64,000 bases of DNA, from the NCBI GenBank assembly GCA_963715245.1, contig CAVQRM010000002.1, positions 219,692 to 283,691 on the forward strand, read 5' to 3'. The notes under the pieces were generated by a model. The model ran no database searches, had not been told where the DNA came from, and worked only from the letters and a program-made list of their open reading frames with translations. Made by a program: the position numbers and the translations under genes. Shown here piece by piece: positions 63,237-64,000 of this stretch. This DNA comes from an uncultured Chloroflexia bacterium. GTDB lineage: Bacteria > Chloroflexota > Limnocylindria > Limnocylindrales > CSP1-4. The first letter of the stretch is position 1, and every line of letters begins with the position of its first letter.

Positions 63237-64000
63237 TTGTCGATCCCGCCCATGACCGGGTCGAGGCTGGCCATGACGGCCATCGTGTCCGCGATCAGGT
63301 TGTTCCGCATCAGCAGCCCGACCAGCTGCAGATTCACGAACGACGGGTCGTGGATCTTCATTCGGAACGGCTGGTCCGTCCCATCCGAGATCGCATAGGT
63401 GCCGTACAGGCCGCGCGGCGCCTCGACCGCGGCCCACGCACGTCCCGGGCGCGGGCGCAGGAGTCGCGGGAGCTTCGCCATGACGGGGCCGTCGGGCATG
63501 TTGTGGAGGCACTGGTCGATGATCCGGAGGCTCTCGCGGACCTCGTCGATCCGGAGCAGGTAGCGGTCCAGCGAGTCTCCGCCACGGTCGTTGCCGCGCG
63601 TCGGGACGTTGAACTCGAGCTCCGGGTAGACCGAGTAGGGGTGCGCGCGGCGGATGTCGTACGGCACGCCCGAGGCCCGGAGGTTGGGACCGGTGACGGC
63701 CATGCGCATCGCGGTCTCGCGGTCGAGGACGCCCATCCCGCGCATCCGCCGGACGAAGATCTCGTTCTCGTTGAGGAGCGCGGTGTTCGCCTCGTGCTGC
63801 GCCGCTGCGCGGCTCATCCAGTCGCCCAGGCGGGACATGAACTCGTGATTGAGGTCGCCGTTGACCCCGCCGATCCGGAAGTAGTTGAACAGCATCCGCT
63901 GCCCGGTGATCGCGGCGAGCATCTCGACGATCTCGTCGCGCTCGATGAACGACCACAGGATCGGCGTCAGGCCACCGAGGTCCAGCGCCATCCAGCCCTG
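63233..64000 (-). CDS. nuoD: NADH-quinone oxidoreductase subunit D, C-terminal part (5' end outside window)
   Basis: Frame is open to the window edge: RIGGVNGDL...VEAPRGLYGTYAISDGTDQPFRMKIHDPSFVNLQ...ASLDPVMGGIDK. Confidence 0.9.
   Translation of the reverse strand, partial: QGWMALDLGGLTPILWSFIERDEIVEMLAAITGQRMLFNYFRIGGVNGDLNHEFMSRLGDWMSRAAAQHEANTALLNENEIFVRRMRGMGVLDRETAMRMAVTGPNLRASGVPYDIRRAHPYSVYPELEFNVPTRGNDRGGDSLDRYLLRIDEVRESLRIIDQCLHNMPDGPVMAKLPRLLRPRPGRAWAAVEAPRGLYGTYAISDGTDQPFRMKIHDPSFVNLQLVGLLMRNNLIADTMAVMASLDPVMGGIDK

Overview
High-G+C bacterial chromosome segment spanning the replication origin. The gene content (PIM-type inositol-lipid genes, a DciA/DUF721 gene, leaderless-looking promoters) suggests an Actinomycetota-like organism. 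Ordinary core blocks are ftsX / S41 peptidase / smpB, tmRNA, rpmH-rnpA-yidD-yidC-jag, dnaA-oriC-dnaN-recF-dciA, and a complex I operon (nuoD to nuoN) running off the 3' end.

Three regions stand out:
1. In the nuo operon, nuoI appears split in two. About 4 kb encoding a NuoE fragment, a NuoF-like protein and a 2Fe-2S/GltD/Fe-S protein sits between the halves, fused in frame to both. The backbone otherwise has the 11-subunit gene order (D-H-[I]-J-K-L-M-N).
2. A cell-envelope glycosylation island (30.2-39.6 kb) encodes a polyprenol-phosphate sugar synthase, three separate GT-C-type membrane proteins, and a ~1790-aa protein that fuses two GT-C domains. The second of those domains (PMT-like) carries a ~400-aa beta-propeller-like insertion.
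3. Next to it is a translationally coupled arsR-pgsA-ino1-acyltransferase x2-PHP-pimA operon. Its PHP phosphoesterase is a candidate for the missing PIP phosphatase.

Other items: a P1B-5 ATPase with a hemerythrin tail, urease structural genes without accessory genes, a TetR/MFS pair with identical 17-nt operators, and a small secreted repeat peptide.

Caveat: four genes (arsR-like, tetR, ino1, the nuo fusion) carry 1-nt frameshifts at G/C runs, and recF lacks a canonical start codon. Indel errors in the assembly are the simplest explanation. I saw no tRNA, rRNA, CRISPR array, transposase or integrase.
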